Positions 1 through 8,777 of a stretch of 49,925 nucleotides of DNA are shown in pieces. A program made the translations under genes and the position numbers. Under the pieces are notes generated by a model that saw only the letters and a list, made by a program, of their open reading frames with translations, had not been told where the DNA came from and made no database searches. Numbering within the stretch: the stretch's first letter is position 1; the number at the start of each line of letters is the position of its first letter. Source of the stretch: Flavihumibacter sp. (GTDB lineage: Bacteria; Bacteroidota; Bacteroidia; Chitinophagales; Chitinophagaceae); the NCBI GenBank assembly GCA_047605345.1, contig JASGFZ010000001.1, positions 1-49,925 on the forward strand. Direction: 5' to 3'.

Positions 1-170
1 CCTTCATTTTTGTCCCATTCATCGCCCGTTCCATCCCAGCAGTCTAATAAAGTCGCCGGAGCCATGCCTGTTTCGGAAATTAGCGTCAGGTTGCTTTTCT
101 CGTCAATGCCTGTTGTACCGGAATGCGTATTTTACGCAAAGGTGTCAACAGGTTTTTTTGCGGGCGTTTC

Positions 171-1184
171 TCAGTCCAGCCAATGCACAATCGCCGCAGT
201 TACCTTCGGGGCTTCGACCAGGAAGCCGTCGTGCCCATAGGGCGAGTCTATTTCCACATAGCTGGCATTCGGTATCACGGCGGCCATTTTGCGCTGCTCT
301 TCGGGTGGGCATAAGAGATCGCTCGTAATACCCATGAGCAGAACAGGCTGCCGGATGGTTTTCAATACCTCGGCCGCAGTGGCGGCCCGGCCGCGGGCGA
401 TCTGGTGACTGTCCATCGCTTTGGTCAGCAGCCAGTAACTCTGCGCATTGAAACGGTTCACCAGCTTATCGGCCTGGTAGCGGATGTAAGATGCCGCTTT
501 AAAGCCGTCGGTTTTATTCACATCGGGTTCCGACTGCTGCTGCACCATCGCGGTATAATTGCGGTAGGTAAGCATGCCAATGGCGCGGGCGGCACGCAAC
601 CCGTTGCTGCCGGCATCGGGCCTGTCGGCCTGCCAATCGGGATCGGCCTCGATGGCCAGCCGCTGGCTTTCGTGAACCGCTATCCCCCAGGCGCTTTCCG
701 CCGCCGAGGTGGCAATCAGGAAAAGCCTTTTGATACGGTCGGGCTCCATCAGCGCCCATTCCAGCACCTGGTAGCCGCCCATGCTGCCGCCCATGCAGAT
801 CGCGATGGATGCAATGCCCAGCGCTGCACGCAGCAGCATATGGGCTTTCACCTGGTCGCGAATGGTTACCTGCGGAAAACGGCGGTAATAAGGCCTGCCC
901 GTTTGCGGGTCAATGATAAGGGGTCCGCTGCTGCCGTAACAGGAGCCGAGGATATTGGCGCAAACAATAAAATATTTTGCCGGATCGATCGCTGCCCCCG
1001 CGCCCACCACGCCGGGCCACCAGCCGGCCGCATCGGCATTGGCTGTGAGGGCATGGCATATCCATACCACATTGGAGCCATCGGCATTCAGCGTACCGTA
1101 GGTATAATAGGCTATCTCCAGCGCCGGTAATACCTCGCCGCTCTCCAGTACAAATTCTTCTTTCGATACAAAACGATGCAGCAT
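171..1184 (-). CDS. metX: Homoserine O-acetyl(succinyl)transferase, alpha/beta hydrolase fold
   Basis: 337 aa ORF with HALTAN, NILGSCYGS, nucleophile elbow GGSMGG and C-terminal YGHDGFL; divergent from a MetZ-like gene. Confidence 0.93.
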   Translation of the reverse strand: MLHRFVSKEEFVLESGEVLPALEIAYYTYGTLNADGSNVVWICHALTANADAAGWWPGVVGAGAAIDPAKYFIVCANILGSCYGSSGPLIIDPQTGRPYYRRFPQVTIRDQVKAHMLLRAALGIASIAICMGGSMGGYQVLEWALMEPDRIKRLFLIATSAAESAWGIAVHESQRLAIEADPDWQADRPDAGSNGLRAARAIGMLTYRNYTAMVQQQSEPDVNKTDGFKAASYIRYQADKLVNRFNAQSYWLLTKAMDSHQIARGRAATAAEVLKTIRQPVLLMGITSDLLCPPEEQRKMAAVIPNASYVEIDSPYGHDGFLVEAPKVTAAIVHWLD

Positions 1185-1210
1185 GACTGCAAAATAAACG
1201 CTCCCACCGT

Positions 1211-1218
1211 TACCTTTG
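1211..1218 (+). promoter_or_regulatory. Bacteroidota housekeeping-sigma -7 element (TAnnTTTG) for osmC-metZ
   Basis: TACCTTTG ending 22 nt before the ATG at 1241. Confidence 0.55.
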
Positions 1219-1240
1219 TGGAGAAATTTAAAAAACAGTT

Positions 1241-1660
1241 ATGGTTACGATCGATATCATTCGCCAGGAAGGGGATTTTGGTTTTGAAGCCACAGACGCC
1301 ACCGGTAACAGCATCCGGATGGACACCAGCCCTGAAACGGGCGGGAACAATTACGGCATTCGCCCCATGCAGGCCCTGCTGATGGGGCTGGGCGGCTGCT
1401 CGGGTATCGACGTGATCAGCATTCTCAAAAAACAACGCCAGGAAGTGACCAGCTTCTCGATGCACATTGAAGCGGAACGCGAAACGGGAAAAGAGCCTGC
1501 CCTGTGGACCAGCGCAAAGATCGTTTTCACCCTCGGCGGCCAGGTTGATGCCGACAAGGCACAGCGCGCCGTTCAGCTGTCGATGGATAAATATTGCTCG
1601 GTAGCAGAAACCCTGCGCCGCGCGGGCACCACCATTTCCTGGGAAGTAAAAGTTCAGTAA
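1241..1660 (+). CDS. OsmC/YhfA-family protein
   Basis: 139 aa; GIRPMQALLMGLGGCSGIDV and KYCSV two-cysteine pattern. Confidence 0.88.
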   Translation: MVTIDIIRQEGDFGFEATDATGNSIRMDTSPETGGNNYGIRPMQALLMGLGGCSGIDVISILKKQRQEVTSFSMHIEAERETGKEPALWTSAKIVFTLGGQVDADKAQRAVQLSMDKYCSVAETLRRAGTTISWEVKVQ

Positions 1661-1663
1661 ATC

Positions 1664-2836
1664 ATGCACCCTATTACCCGCGCCATCCGCAGCCAGGTGG
1701 AGCGCACCAATGAAATGGAACATGCACAGCCCATGTTCCTTACCAGCAGTTTTTGCTTCGACAATGCCGAAGAAATGCGCGCGGCTTTTGCCGACGAAAC
1801 CGACGACAATATCTACAGCCGTTTCAGCAATCCCAACGTGCAGGAATTTGTAGACCGTATGTGCGCACTCGAAGGCGCCGAAGCGGGCTTTGCCACCGCA
1901 TCGGGCATGAGCGCCCTCTTCGCCAGCTTCATGAGCTTCCTGAAACAGGGCGATCACCTGCTGAGCTGCCGGAGCATTTTCGGCAGCACCCACACCGTTA
2001 TCACCAAATACCTTCCGAAATACGGCATCAGCCACACCTATGTTGACGCTGCCGCGGATACCAGCGCCTGGGAAGCAGCCATCCGGCCCGAAACGAAAAT
2101 GATCTACTTCGAAACCCCTACCAACCCCGCGCTGGAGGTAATTGACCTGGAAGCCCTTTCGGCGCTGGCCAAAAAACACGGGCTGCTGCTGAATGTAGAC
2201 AACTGTTTCGCTACACCGATCGCCCAGCGGCCGATTGAATACGGCGCCGACCTGGTTATCCATTCAGCCACCAAATGGCTCGACGGCCAGGGCAGGGTGC
2301 TGGGTGGTATCGTACTGGGCAAAAAGGAGCTAATCAAGGAGATTTACCTGTTTTGCAGAAGCACCGGGCCTTCACTGTCGCCCTTCAATGCCTGGATCCT
2401 GAGCCGCAGCCTCGAAACACTGGAGGTCAGAATGGAGCGGCACGCCGCATCGGCCCTGCAGCTGGCAACAGCCCTGCAGGATCATCCGGCGCTTGCCTGG
2501 GTGAAATACCCGTTCCTGCCCAGCCACCCGCAATACGCCATTGCCACCCGGCAGATGAGTTCGGGCGGTGGCGTGGTGTGCTTTGAGCTGAAAGGCGGAC
2601 TGGCAGCAGGCAAACAGTTTCTCGATGCCCTGCGGCTTTTGAGCATTACGGCAAACCTGGGCGATACCAGGAGCATCGCCTCGCACCCGGCCAGCACCAC
2701 CCATGCCAAACTCACCGATGCCGAAAGGCAGGCAGTGGGTATCAGCAGCGGGTTGATCCGCATCTCGGTGGGGCTGGAACATGTAGATGATATCCTCGCC
2801 GATATCAGGCAGGCGCTGGATCAGCTACCAGCCTGA
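1664..2836 (+). CDS. metZ: O-acylhomoserine sulfhydrylase (PLP-dependent trans-sulfuration family, MetZ-like)
   Basis: YSRFSNP, ETPTNP, VDNCFATP, PLP-lysine motif HSATKW, NLGD and RISVGLE. Confidence 0.88.
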   Translation: MHPITRAIRSQVERTNEMEHAQPMFLTSSFCFDNAEEMRAAFADETDDNIYSRFSNPNVQEFVDRMCALEGAEAGFATASGMSALFASFMSFLKQGDHLLSCRSIFGSTHTVITKYLPKYGISHTYVDAAADTSAWEAAIRPETKMIYFETPTNPALEVIDLEALSALAKKHGLLLNVDNCFATPIAQRPIEYGADLVIHSATKWLDGQGRVLGGIVLGKKELIKEIYLFCRSTGPSLSPFNAWILSRSLETLEVRMERHAASALQLATALQDHPALAWVKYPFLPSHPQYAIATRQMSSGGGVVCFELKGGLAAGKQFLDALRLLSITANLGDTRSIASHPASTTHAKLTDAERQAVGISSGLIRISVGLEHVDDILADIRQALDQLPA

Positions 2837-2981
2837 GAACAGCTTCCACGGCAATCAGCCGAAATGGATGTGGTGAACAGGCAGCAATGCCGAAGCTCAA
2901 AACGCAATAGCACCGGCCCGTAAGCAAACGATGACGGTTAATGCAACGGTGACTATTGACAAAACCGGCAGCGTAACCCGT

Positions 2982-4385
2982 TTACGACAACCCGACTTCG
3001 TAATGCCGTTCGGGAATTTCAACATCTTTAAAGCCCTTCTGGTAAAGCCGTTGCTTGAACTGTTGCTGCACATCGTATTCGCCGTGCACCAGGAATAAGC
3101 GTTTCACCTTTTTGGGGTCCTGGCAGGCAAGGAACTGGCAGAGGTCTTCGTAATCACCGTGCGCGCTCATGCTCCTGATAGAGCCGATGGTTGCATTCAC
3201 TTCGTGCTCCACACCGAAAATGGACACCATTTTCTTGCCGGCCATGAGCCTGCCCCCGAGCGATTGCGGTTCACAATAACCCACCAGCAGAATACCGTTG
3301 CGGCTGTTCTCTATATTGTTGGAGATATGGTGTTTCACACGCCCGGCTTCTGCCATGCCGCTTGCGGAAATGATCACGCAGGGTTCGTTCCTGAAGTTGA
3401 GCAGCTTTGACTCCTCAACGGTTTTAATGTATTTGAGCCCCGCAAAACGGAACGGATCATCGTCGTGCTCCAGCACTTTCTGGATGGTGCGGTTGAAATA
3501 CTGCGGATAGCGTTTAACCATCTCCGTTGCTTCAATGCTCAGCGGGCTGTCCAGGAAATAATCCAGCGACGGCAGGCGCCGCTCCACTTCTAGCTGGTTC
3601 AAGGAATACAATATTTCCTGGGTTCTTCCCACACTGAAAGCCGGAATGATCAGCTTGCCTTTTTGCTGCAGGCATATCTTTTCGATCCAGCCCAGCAGCT
3701 GGTCGGGGGTGGTGGTTTGCAGCTCATGCAGGCTGTTGCCGTAGGTAGATTCAATCAGCACATAGTCGGCCTGCGGAAACACATCGGGCGAGCGCAATAT
3801 CACATCGCGGTAGCGGCCCACATCACCACTGAAGCTGATCTGCTCGGTAACGCCATTCTCGGTTACCCGCAGATGAACCGCCGCGCTGCCGATGATGTGG
3901 CCGGCATCGGTGTACAGCACTTCCAGCCCCTCCCCGATTTTCGTCCACTGCCCGTATTCAACCGCCCTGAAATACTGCAGGGCGTTTTGGGCGTCGTCGG
4001 AAGTGTACAGGGGCCGGATATAAGGCTGCCCGGCGGCGGCGCGTTTTTTGTTTGCATACTTCACATCGTCTTCCTGGATATGCGCCGAATCTTCCAGGAG
4101 AATACCCGAAAGATCTTTGGTAGCCGGCGTACAATAAATGGGGCCTTTAAAGCCTTCACTCACCAGTTTGGGAATGAGGCCGCTGTGGTCGATATGGGCG
4201 TGCGACAGCAACAGAATATCCACTTCGGCGGGCTCGAATCCCCAGGTACGGTTCAGCATATCCGTGTCTTTACCCATACCCTGGAACATACCGCAGTCGA
4301 ACAAAATTTTTCTTCCGTCTTTCAGTGTCAGCAAATGTTTTGAGCCGGTAACGGTGCGTGCCGCTCCGTGGAATGCCATTTTCAT
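2982..4385 (-). CDS. MBL-fold beta-CASP ribonuclease
   Basis: GAARTVTGS, DCGMFQG, SHAHIDHSG, AGHIIGS, ESTYG, SASGM and SAHGD motifs. Confidence 0.92.
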   Translation of the reverse strand: MKMAFHGAARTVTGSKHLLTLKDGRKILFDCGMFQGMGKDTDMLNRTWGFEPAEVDILLLSHAHIDHSGLIPKLVSEGFKGPIYCTPATKDLSGILLEDSAHIQEDDVKYANKKRAAAGQPYIRPLYTSDDAQNALQYFRAVEYGQWTKIGEGLEVLYTDAGHIIGSAAVHLRVTENGVTEQISFSGDVGRYRDVILRSPDVFPQADYVLIESTYGNSLHELQTTTPDQLLGWIEKICLQQKGKLIIPAFSVGRTQEILYSLNQLEVERRLPSLDYFLDSPLSIEATEMVKRYPQYFNRTIQKVLEHDDDPFRFAGLKYIKTVEESKLLNFRNEPCVIISASGMAEAGRVKHHISNNIENSRNGILLVGYCEPQSLGGRLMAGKKMVSIFGVEHEVNATIGSIRSMSAHGDYEDLCQFLACQDPKKVKRLFLVHGEYDVQQQFKQRLYQKGFKDVEIPERHYEVGLS

Positions 4386-4866
4386 GATGATTTCTTTTTA
4401 AAAGACCAGGTAATGCGAAAAGAGGCAACAGGCTCTCCTTTTTCGTTTACGCCCTGCGCCTGTGCAATAATCGTTTGTGCCTCACCGGTAGTAACCGCCC
4501 TTTCAACCGCTTCGGCAATAGCGATGCCGTCGTTGCACCGGAAGCTGGTGAGCCCGGTTGCCTTTTTGACAAAGCCGGCCTCCATGCCCACTACCAGCAT
4601 CGATACCGCCGGCTTTCGCTGGTAGGTATGCGCCATCGCCAGTATGCCGGTGCTCATTTCTGCCGCCATTGCCAGGCAGGCGAAATAGGTGGACCTAAAA
4701 GGATTGGTGGAAAACCATTTGTAAGGAACCGTTACTTCGGCCGCCTCCGCAGAAACGGATTTCACTCTTACGCCGAAAAAAAAGCAGCGGGTATCTTGGT
4801 CAATAGGAAAAGCCTGAATTTCAGGGACTATTGACAAGCTGAAAAAAATCGTTCTCGGGAGGCAAT
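4382..4866 (-). CDS. Hotdog-fold thioesterase (DUF4442/YiiD-like); N-terminus broken by two 1-nt deletions, probably sequencing error
   Basis: C-terminal part VPYKWFSTNPFRSTYFACLAMAAEMSTG...FVKKATG. Reading across frames near 4780-4830 restores NDFFQLVNSP.KFRLFLLTKIPAAFF.GVRV. The TTG start at ~4866 is uncertain. Confidence 0.75.
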
Positions 4867-4982
4867 GGGTAAAGTATTGGAAATGGAAGGTAAGGGAAAA
4901 CTGAAAAATGGGCACAGGAAGTGGAGGGTACGGGTAAACGGCAGCTTTTTTGAGGCCAGACCTCTTTTACGCCGGGGGTTGT

Positions 4983-5408
4983 TGTTTCTCGCGACGGCTT
5001 TTTGTTCCTCGCGAAAGTCTTTCTGTTTCTCGCGACAGTTTCTTTGTTTCACGCGAAAGCTTTTTTGTTTCCCGCCAGGCGCGCAGAGGAGCAATGACGC
5101 AAAGGACTTGGAATGGGGCCTCCTGGCAAAAAGTTATCTTACAGCACAGGTCGGGTTTTGTTTCTCACAGAGAACACAGAGGAACGGAGACCGTATTACA
5201 GATTAAACCACCCGATATCTCTGTTCCTCTGTGTTCTCTGTGAGAAACAAAAAACTGCTCTCGTGAGAAACAAGCATATCGAATCGACAAACTTTCCCTG
5301 GCGTCATTGCTCCTTTGCGCGCCTGGCGTGAAACAAAAAAGCTTTCGCGTGAAACAAAGAAACTGTCGCGAGAAACAGAAAGACTTTCGCGTGAAACAAA
5401 AAAGCCGT
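4983..5408. repeat. Composite REP/BIME-like element: nested inverted repeats built from ~21-bp tandem units
   Basis: Outer arms 4994-5100 / 5301-5408 (~107 bp, about 5 differences); inner arms 5156-5190 / 5218-5252 (35 bp, 1 mismatch); TGTT(T/C)CNCGC units start at 4983, 5003, 5024, 5045, 5066. Confidence 0.92.
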
Positions 5409-5483
5409 GCAGAAAACCTCTGTGAGAAAAACCGGTCTCTGCGCCAAAAAAAGTTCGCGGCGTGAAATGTGCCCGCACCGGAC

Positions 5484-6695
5484 TCACTCTTCCACCTGGT
5501 TACGCAGCAGGTCTTCAAAAACATCGCGCTTCCTGATCAGGTGCGCTTTGCCTTCTATGACGAGCACTTCGGCGGGTTTGAGGCGCGAGTTGAAATTGGA
5601 CGACATTTCGAAGCCGTAGGCGCCGGCATTGTAGAAAACAAGGAAGTCGGATTCGCGCACCTCGTTGAGTGTGCGATCCCAGGCGAAAGTGTCGGTTTCG
5701 CAGATATTGCCCACAACGGTGTAGATACGTTCGGGACCATTGAGGTTGCTGATGTTTTTGATGCGGTGGTAGGCTTCATAGAACATGGGGCGGATCAGGT
5801 GGTTGAAGCCGCTGTTCACGCCCACGAAAACGGTGGCGGTGGTTTGTTTGATCACATTGGCCTTAACAATGAAATAGCCCGATTCGCTTACCAGGAATTT
5901 ACCCGGTTCAAACCATACCTGAATGCTTTTACCCGTTTCCTTTTCGTATTGTTCGAAAGCCTGGGTCACTTTTCTGCCGAGCAATTCGATATCAGTTTGT
6001 ACATCGCCATCCTGGTAGGGCACTTTGAAGCCGCTGCCGAGATCGATGAACTGTATATCGGGGAAATGCCGGGCCAGGTCAAACATCACTTCAAGCCCCT
6101 GGAGAAATACATTCACATCTTTGATATCGCTGCCGGTATGCATATGGATGCCGGCCACATGGAGGCCCGTTTTTTTCACCACCCTTTCGATATGACGCAA
6201 CTGGTGAATGGATATGCCGAATTTGCTGTCGATGTGCCCGGTGGATATCTTGTAATTGCCGCCGCCCATGATATGCGGGTTGAAGCGAATGCAGATGGGG
6301 TATGATCCGCCGTATTTATTTCCAAACTGCTCGAGTATGGAGATATTGTCGATGTTGAGGTTAACGCCCAGCTGTTTGCCTTCGTCTATTTCGGCAAAGT
6401 CAACGCAGTTGGGGGTAAAGAGGATGCGGTCGGGTGTGAAGCCGGCTTTGAGGCCGAGCTTTACTTCGTTGATGCTTACGCAATCGAGCGAAGCGCCGAT
6501 CGACTGCACATATTTAAGCACGTTGATATTGCTGAGCGCCTTGCAGGCATAAAAAAAACGGGCGTTGCATTTGCTGAACGCTTTTTCCAGCTTGTGGTAC
6601 TGATCGCGGATCTGATCAGCGTTGTACACATACAGGGGCGTGCCGAATTCTTTTGCGAGGGCAACCAGTTGATCGTTGCTTAAAAAGTCTGCCAT
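5484..6695 (-). CDS. lysA: Diaminopimelate decarboxylase
   Basis: GTPLYVY, PLP-lysine FYACKA, SKFGI, HMHTGS, EPGKFLV, GNICETD and GAYG..MSSNFN. Confidence 0.96.
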   Translation of the reverse strand: MADFLSNDQLVALAKEFGTPLYVYNADQIRDQYHKLEKAFSKCNARFFYACKALSNINVLKYVQSIGASLDCVSINEVKLGLKAGFTPDRILFTPNCVDFAEIDEGKQLGVNLNIDNISILEQFGNKYGGSYPICIRFNPHIMGGGNYKISTGHIDSKFGISIHQLRHIERVVKKTGLHVAGIHMHTGSDIKDVNVFLQGLEVMFDLARHFPDIQFIDLGSGFKVPYQDGDVQTDIELLGRKVTQAFEQYEKETGKSIQVWFEPGKFLVSESGYFIVKANVIKQTTATVFVGVNSGFNHLIRPMFYEAYHRIKNISNLNGPERIYTVVGNICETDTFAWDRTLNEVRESDFLVFYNAGAYGFEMSSNFNSRLKPAEVLVIEGKAHLIRKRDVFEDLLRNQVEE

Positions 6696-6781
6696 AGTTT
6701 AATAAATGGCAGCGAATATACTTATTCTTCGGCTGCCGGCGCATCATGCAACCATTCTCAGGCTGCCGGCAGATCGGATAG

Positions 6782-7499
6782 TCACTCTTCGGCTGCGGGG
6801 GTATCGTCGGGCGCTTCCTGCAACTCGCCGCTTTCACTCACCTGCAGTCCCGCATGCGCATCTGCATCGGCCACGAGCACGTCGGTGATCGTTTCTTCAT
6901 CGCCGTTTTCCGTTCTGAGCTGGCCGCCGGGAATAGTGGGTCCGATGACCTGGTCGGCCAGCACTTCCCTGATCCGGGGCAGATCCTCGGGACCATTAAG
7001 CCCGAAATAATCCATAAAAGAGCGCGAGGTAGTATACCAGCGGTTTGCCCGGCAGCTCTTCATTCCGCCCGGCTATAATGATCAGTTCTTTTTCGAGCAG
7101 TTTCTGGATACTGTAGTCGGCACTGACGCCGCGGATGGCTTCGATCTCCGATTTGGTAATAGGCTGCTTATAGGCAATGATGGCGAGGGTTTCCATCGCG
7201 GCGCCGCTGAGGCGCTTGAGGAATTTGTCGCCATTCAGCTGGGCGACGGTTTTATGGTAATCTTTTTTGGTTAAAAACTGCCAGCCATTGCCGCTGAAGC
7301 GGATCTCGAAAGGATAAAACTCGCTCTGGTACTTCTCTACAATCCCTTCCAGGGCCGATTCCACCTGCTCAAGCGTGATCTTGTCTTCCATAAAGCCGAA
7401 GGCCTGGTTGATCAGATCGGTCAGCTCAATGGCGCTCAGGGGCTTTTCACTGGCAAAGATCAACGATTCTATATGGGGTATGATACTTCCTATTTCCAT
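6782..7499 (-). CDS. scpB: SMC-Scp complex subunit ScpB; 1-nt frameshift near 7030, likely sequencing error
   Basis: IESLIFAS, LSGAAMETLAIIAYKQPITKSEIEAIRGV and PGKPLVY in one frame; TSRSFMDYFGLNGPEDLP in the adjacent frame. Confidence 0.9.
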
Positions 7500-7596
7500 G
7501 GTTCCGATTTTCATTTGTTGCAACAAGCAACATGCCGCAAGCAAATAATAAAAGGATAAAAAAGGGAAATGAGTTGTTCACAATGTGGAAAACGAA

Positions 7597-7706
7597 ATGG
7601 TTTATGGTCTGTGGTTTAGGGTTGCTGCCGCGTGCGGGTATTGTTAACCAATAATGGCCTGCCGGGAAAGCAAGCCAGCAACCCTAAACCACAGACCATA
7701 AACCAT
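7597..7706. repeat. Perfect 31-bp inverted repeat made of TGGTTTA-type heptamers, directly downstream of atpG
   Basis: 7597-7627 ATGGTTTATGGTCTGTGGTTTAGGGTTGCTG is the exact reverse complement of 7676-7706; 48-nt spacer. Confidence 0.9.
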
Positions 7707-7714
7707 AAACTTAT

Positions 7715-8596
7715 TTAGCCTTGCAAGGCAGCCGCACCGCTCACAATCTCCGTCAGCTCGGTGGTGATGGCGGCCTGGCGGGCGCGGTTGTAGCTGATCT
7801 TGAGCGACCGGATCAGCTCGTTGGCGTTTTCGGAGGCTTTGTCCATCGCCGTCATGCGGGCGCCGTGTTCGGAAGCGTTGGCGTCGAGCACCGCCTTGTA
7901 CAATTGCGTATTCAGGATCTTCGGCATCAGCTCGGCGATGAGCTCTTCTTTGTTGGGCTCGAAGATAAAATCGGTTTTCTTGTTACCGCCCGAGCCCTGC
8001 ACCTTGGGAATGGGCAGAAAGCGTTCAACCACGAAGGCCTGGGTAGCGGCATTCTTGAACTGGCTGTAAACGATCTCCACCACGTCGAACTGGCCGGCTT
8101 CAAAGGCGGCTACCGCTGCCTGGGCGCAGGCCTGCACCTTTTCGAAACGCAGGTCGAGGAAAATATCTTTATAAAGCGGCGAAGTATTGTAATTGCCTTT
8201 CTGAAGCGATTCGTAGCCCTTTTTGCCGATATTCCAGACAACCACATTCCCTTTGTTGTACTGGCTGAGGTATTTTTCCTGTACCACGGCGCGGGCGGCT
8301 TTCACCACGTTGGCATTGTAAGCGCCGGCGAGCCCGCGGTCGCTGGTGATCACGATCAGCAGCACTTTTTCCACCGTCCGCTCGTTGGCGAGCCGGCTGC
8401 CCACTTCCCCTTCGGTATTGCTGACGATATTGCTGAGCATTTCCTGGAGCTTGTTGGCATAGGGACGCATCTGGAGGATGGCATCCTGCGCGCGGCGCAA
8501 TTTGGCAGCACTGACCATTTTCATGGCTTTGGTGATCTGCTGCGTGCTTTGAACGGATTTGATCCGGTTGCGTACTTCTTTCAGTGCTCCTGACAT
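7715..8596 (-). CDS. atpG: ATP synthase F1 gamma subunit
   Basis: RIKSVQSTQQITKAMKMVSAAK, TSDRGLAG, SEHGARMTAM and YNRARQAAITTELTEIVSGA. Confidence 0.98.
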   Translation of the reverse strand: MSGALKEVRNRIKSVQSTQQITKAMKMVSAAKLRRAQDAILQMRPYANKLQEMLSNIVSNTEGEVGSRLANERTVEKVLLIVITSDRGLAGAYNANVVKAARAVVQEKYLSQYNKGNVVVWNIGKKGYESLQKGNYNTSPLYKDIFLDLRFEKVQACAQAAVAAFEAGQFDVVEIVYSQFKNAATQAFVVERFLPIPKVQGSGGNKKTDFIFEPNKEELIAELMPKILNTQLYKAVLDANASEHGARMTAMDKASENANELIRSLKISYNRARQAAITTELTEIVSGAAALQG

Positions 8597-8615
8597 GCTT
8601 CTGGGAAATTTGCCG

Positions 8616-8623
8616 CAAAACTA
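8616..8623 (-). promoter_or_regulatory. -7 promoter element (TAnnTTTG) for atpG
   Basis: TAGTTTTG on the minus strand about 20 nt upstream of the atpG ATG. Confidence 0.55.
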
Positions 8624-8675
8624 AGGCAGGAAAACCAGATTACCATGTTTCCCGGGCCGGGGAACATGGATTTTG

Positions 8676-8683
8676 TACCTTTG
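8676..8683 (+). promoter_or_regulatory. -7 promoter element (TAnnTTTG) for secA
   Basis: TACCTTTG in the divergent atpG-secA intergenic region. Confidence 0.5.
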
Positions 8684-8777
8684 TCGCCCTGTCAATATGA
8701 CCGCTCTGAAAGTGTAGCATTGAAATTGACAGACCAAATAACATTTTATCAGACACATTCTATTTCAATAACAGATT

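Noticed and set aside
1-170. Possible N-terminus of a minus-strand gene (MAPATLLDCWDGTGDEWDKNE...) running off the window
   Set aside because: Too short to identify, and the start is unsupported.
1185-1240. SAM riboswitch expected near met genes
   Set aside because: The gap is only 56 nt and no SAM-I/II consensus is recognisable.
4983-5408. Possible CRISPR array
   Set aside because: The units are contiguous 20-21-mers with no unique spacers, arranged as inverted arms, and no cas genes are present.
4828-5524. Short ORFs with repeated FCFSR/FCFTR peptides on both strands
   Set aside because: They are translation by-products of the 21-bp repeat and its inverted copy, with no independent coding evidence.
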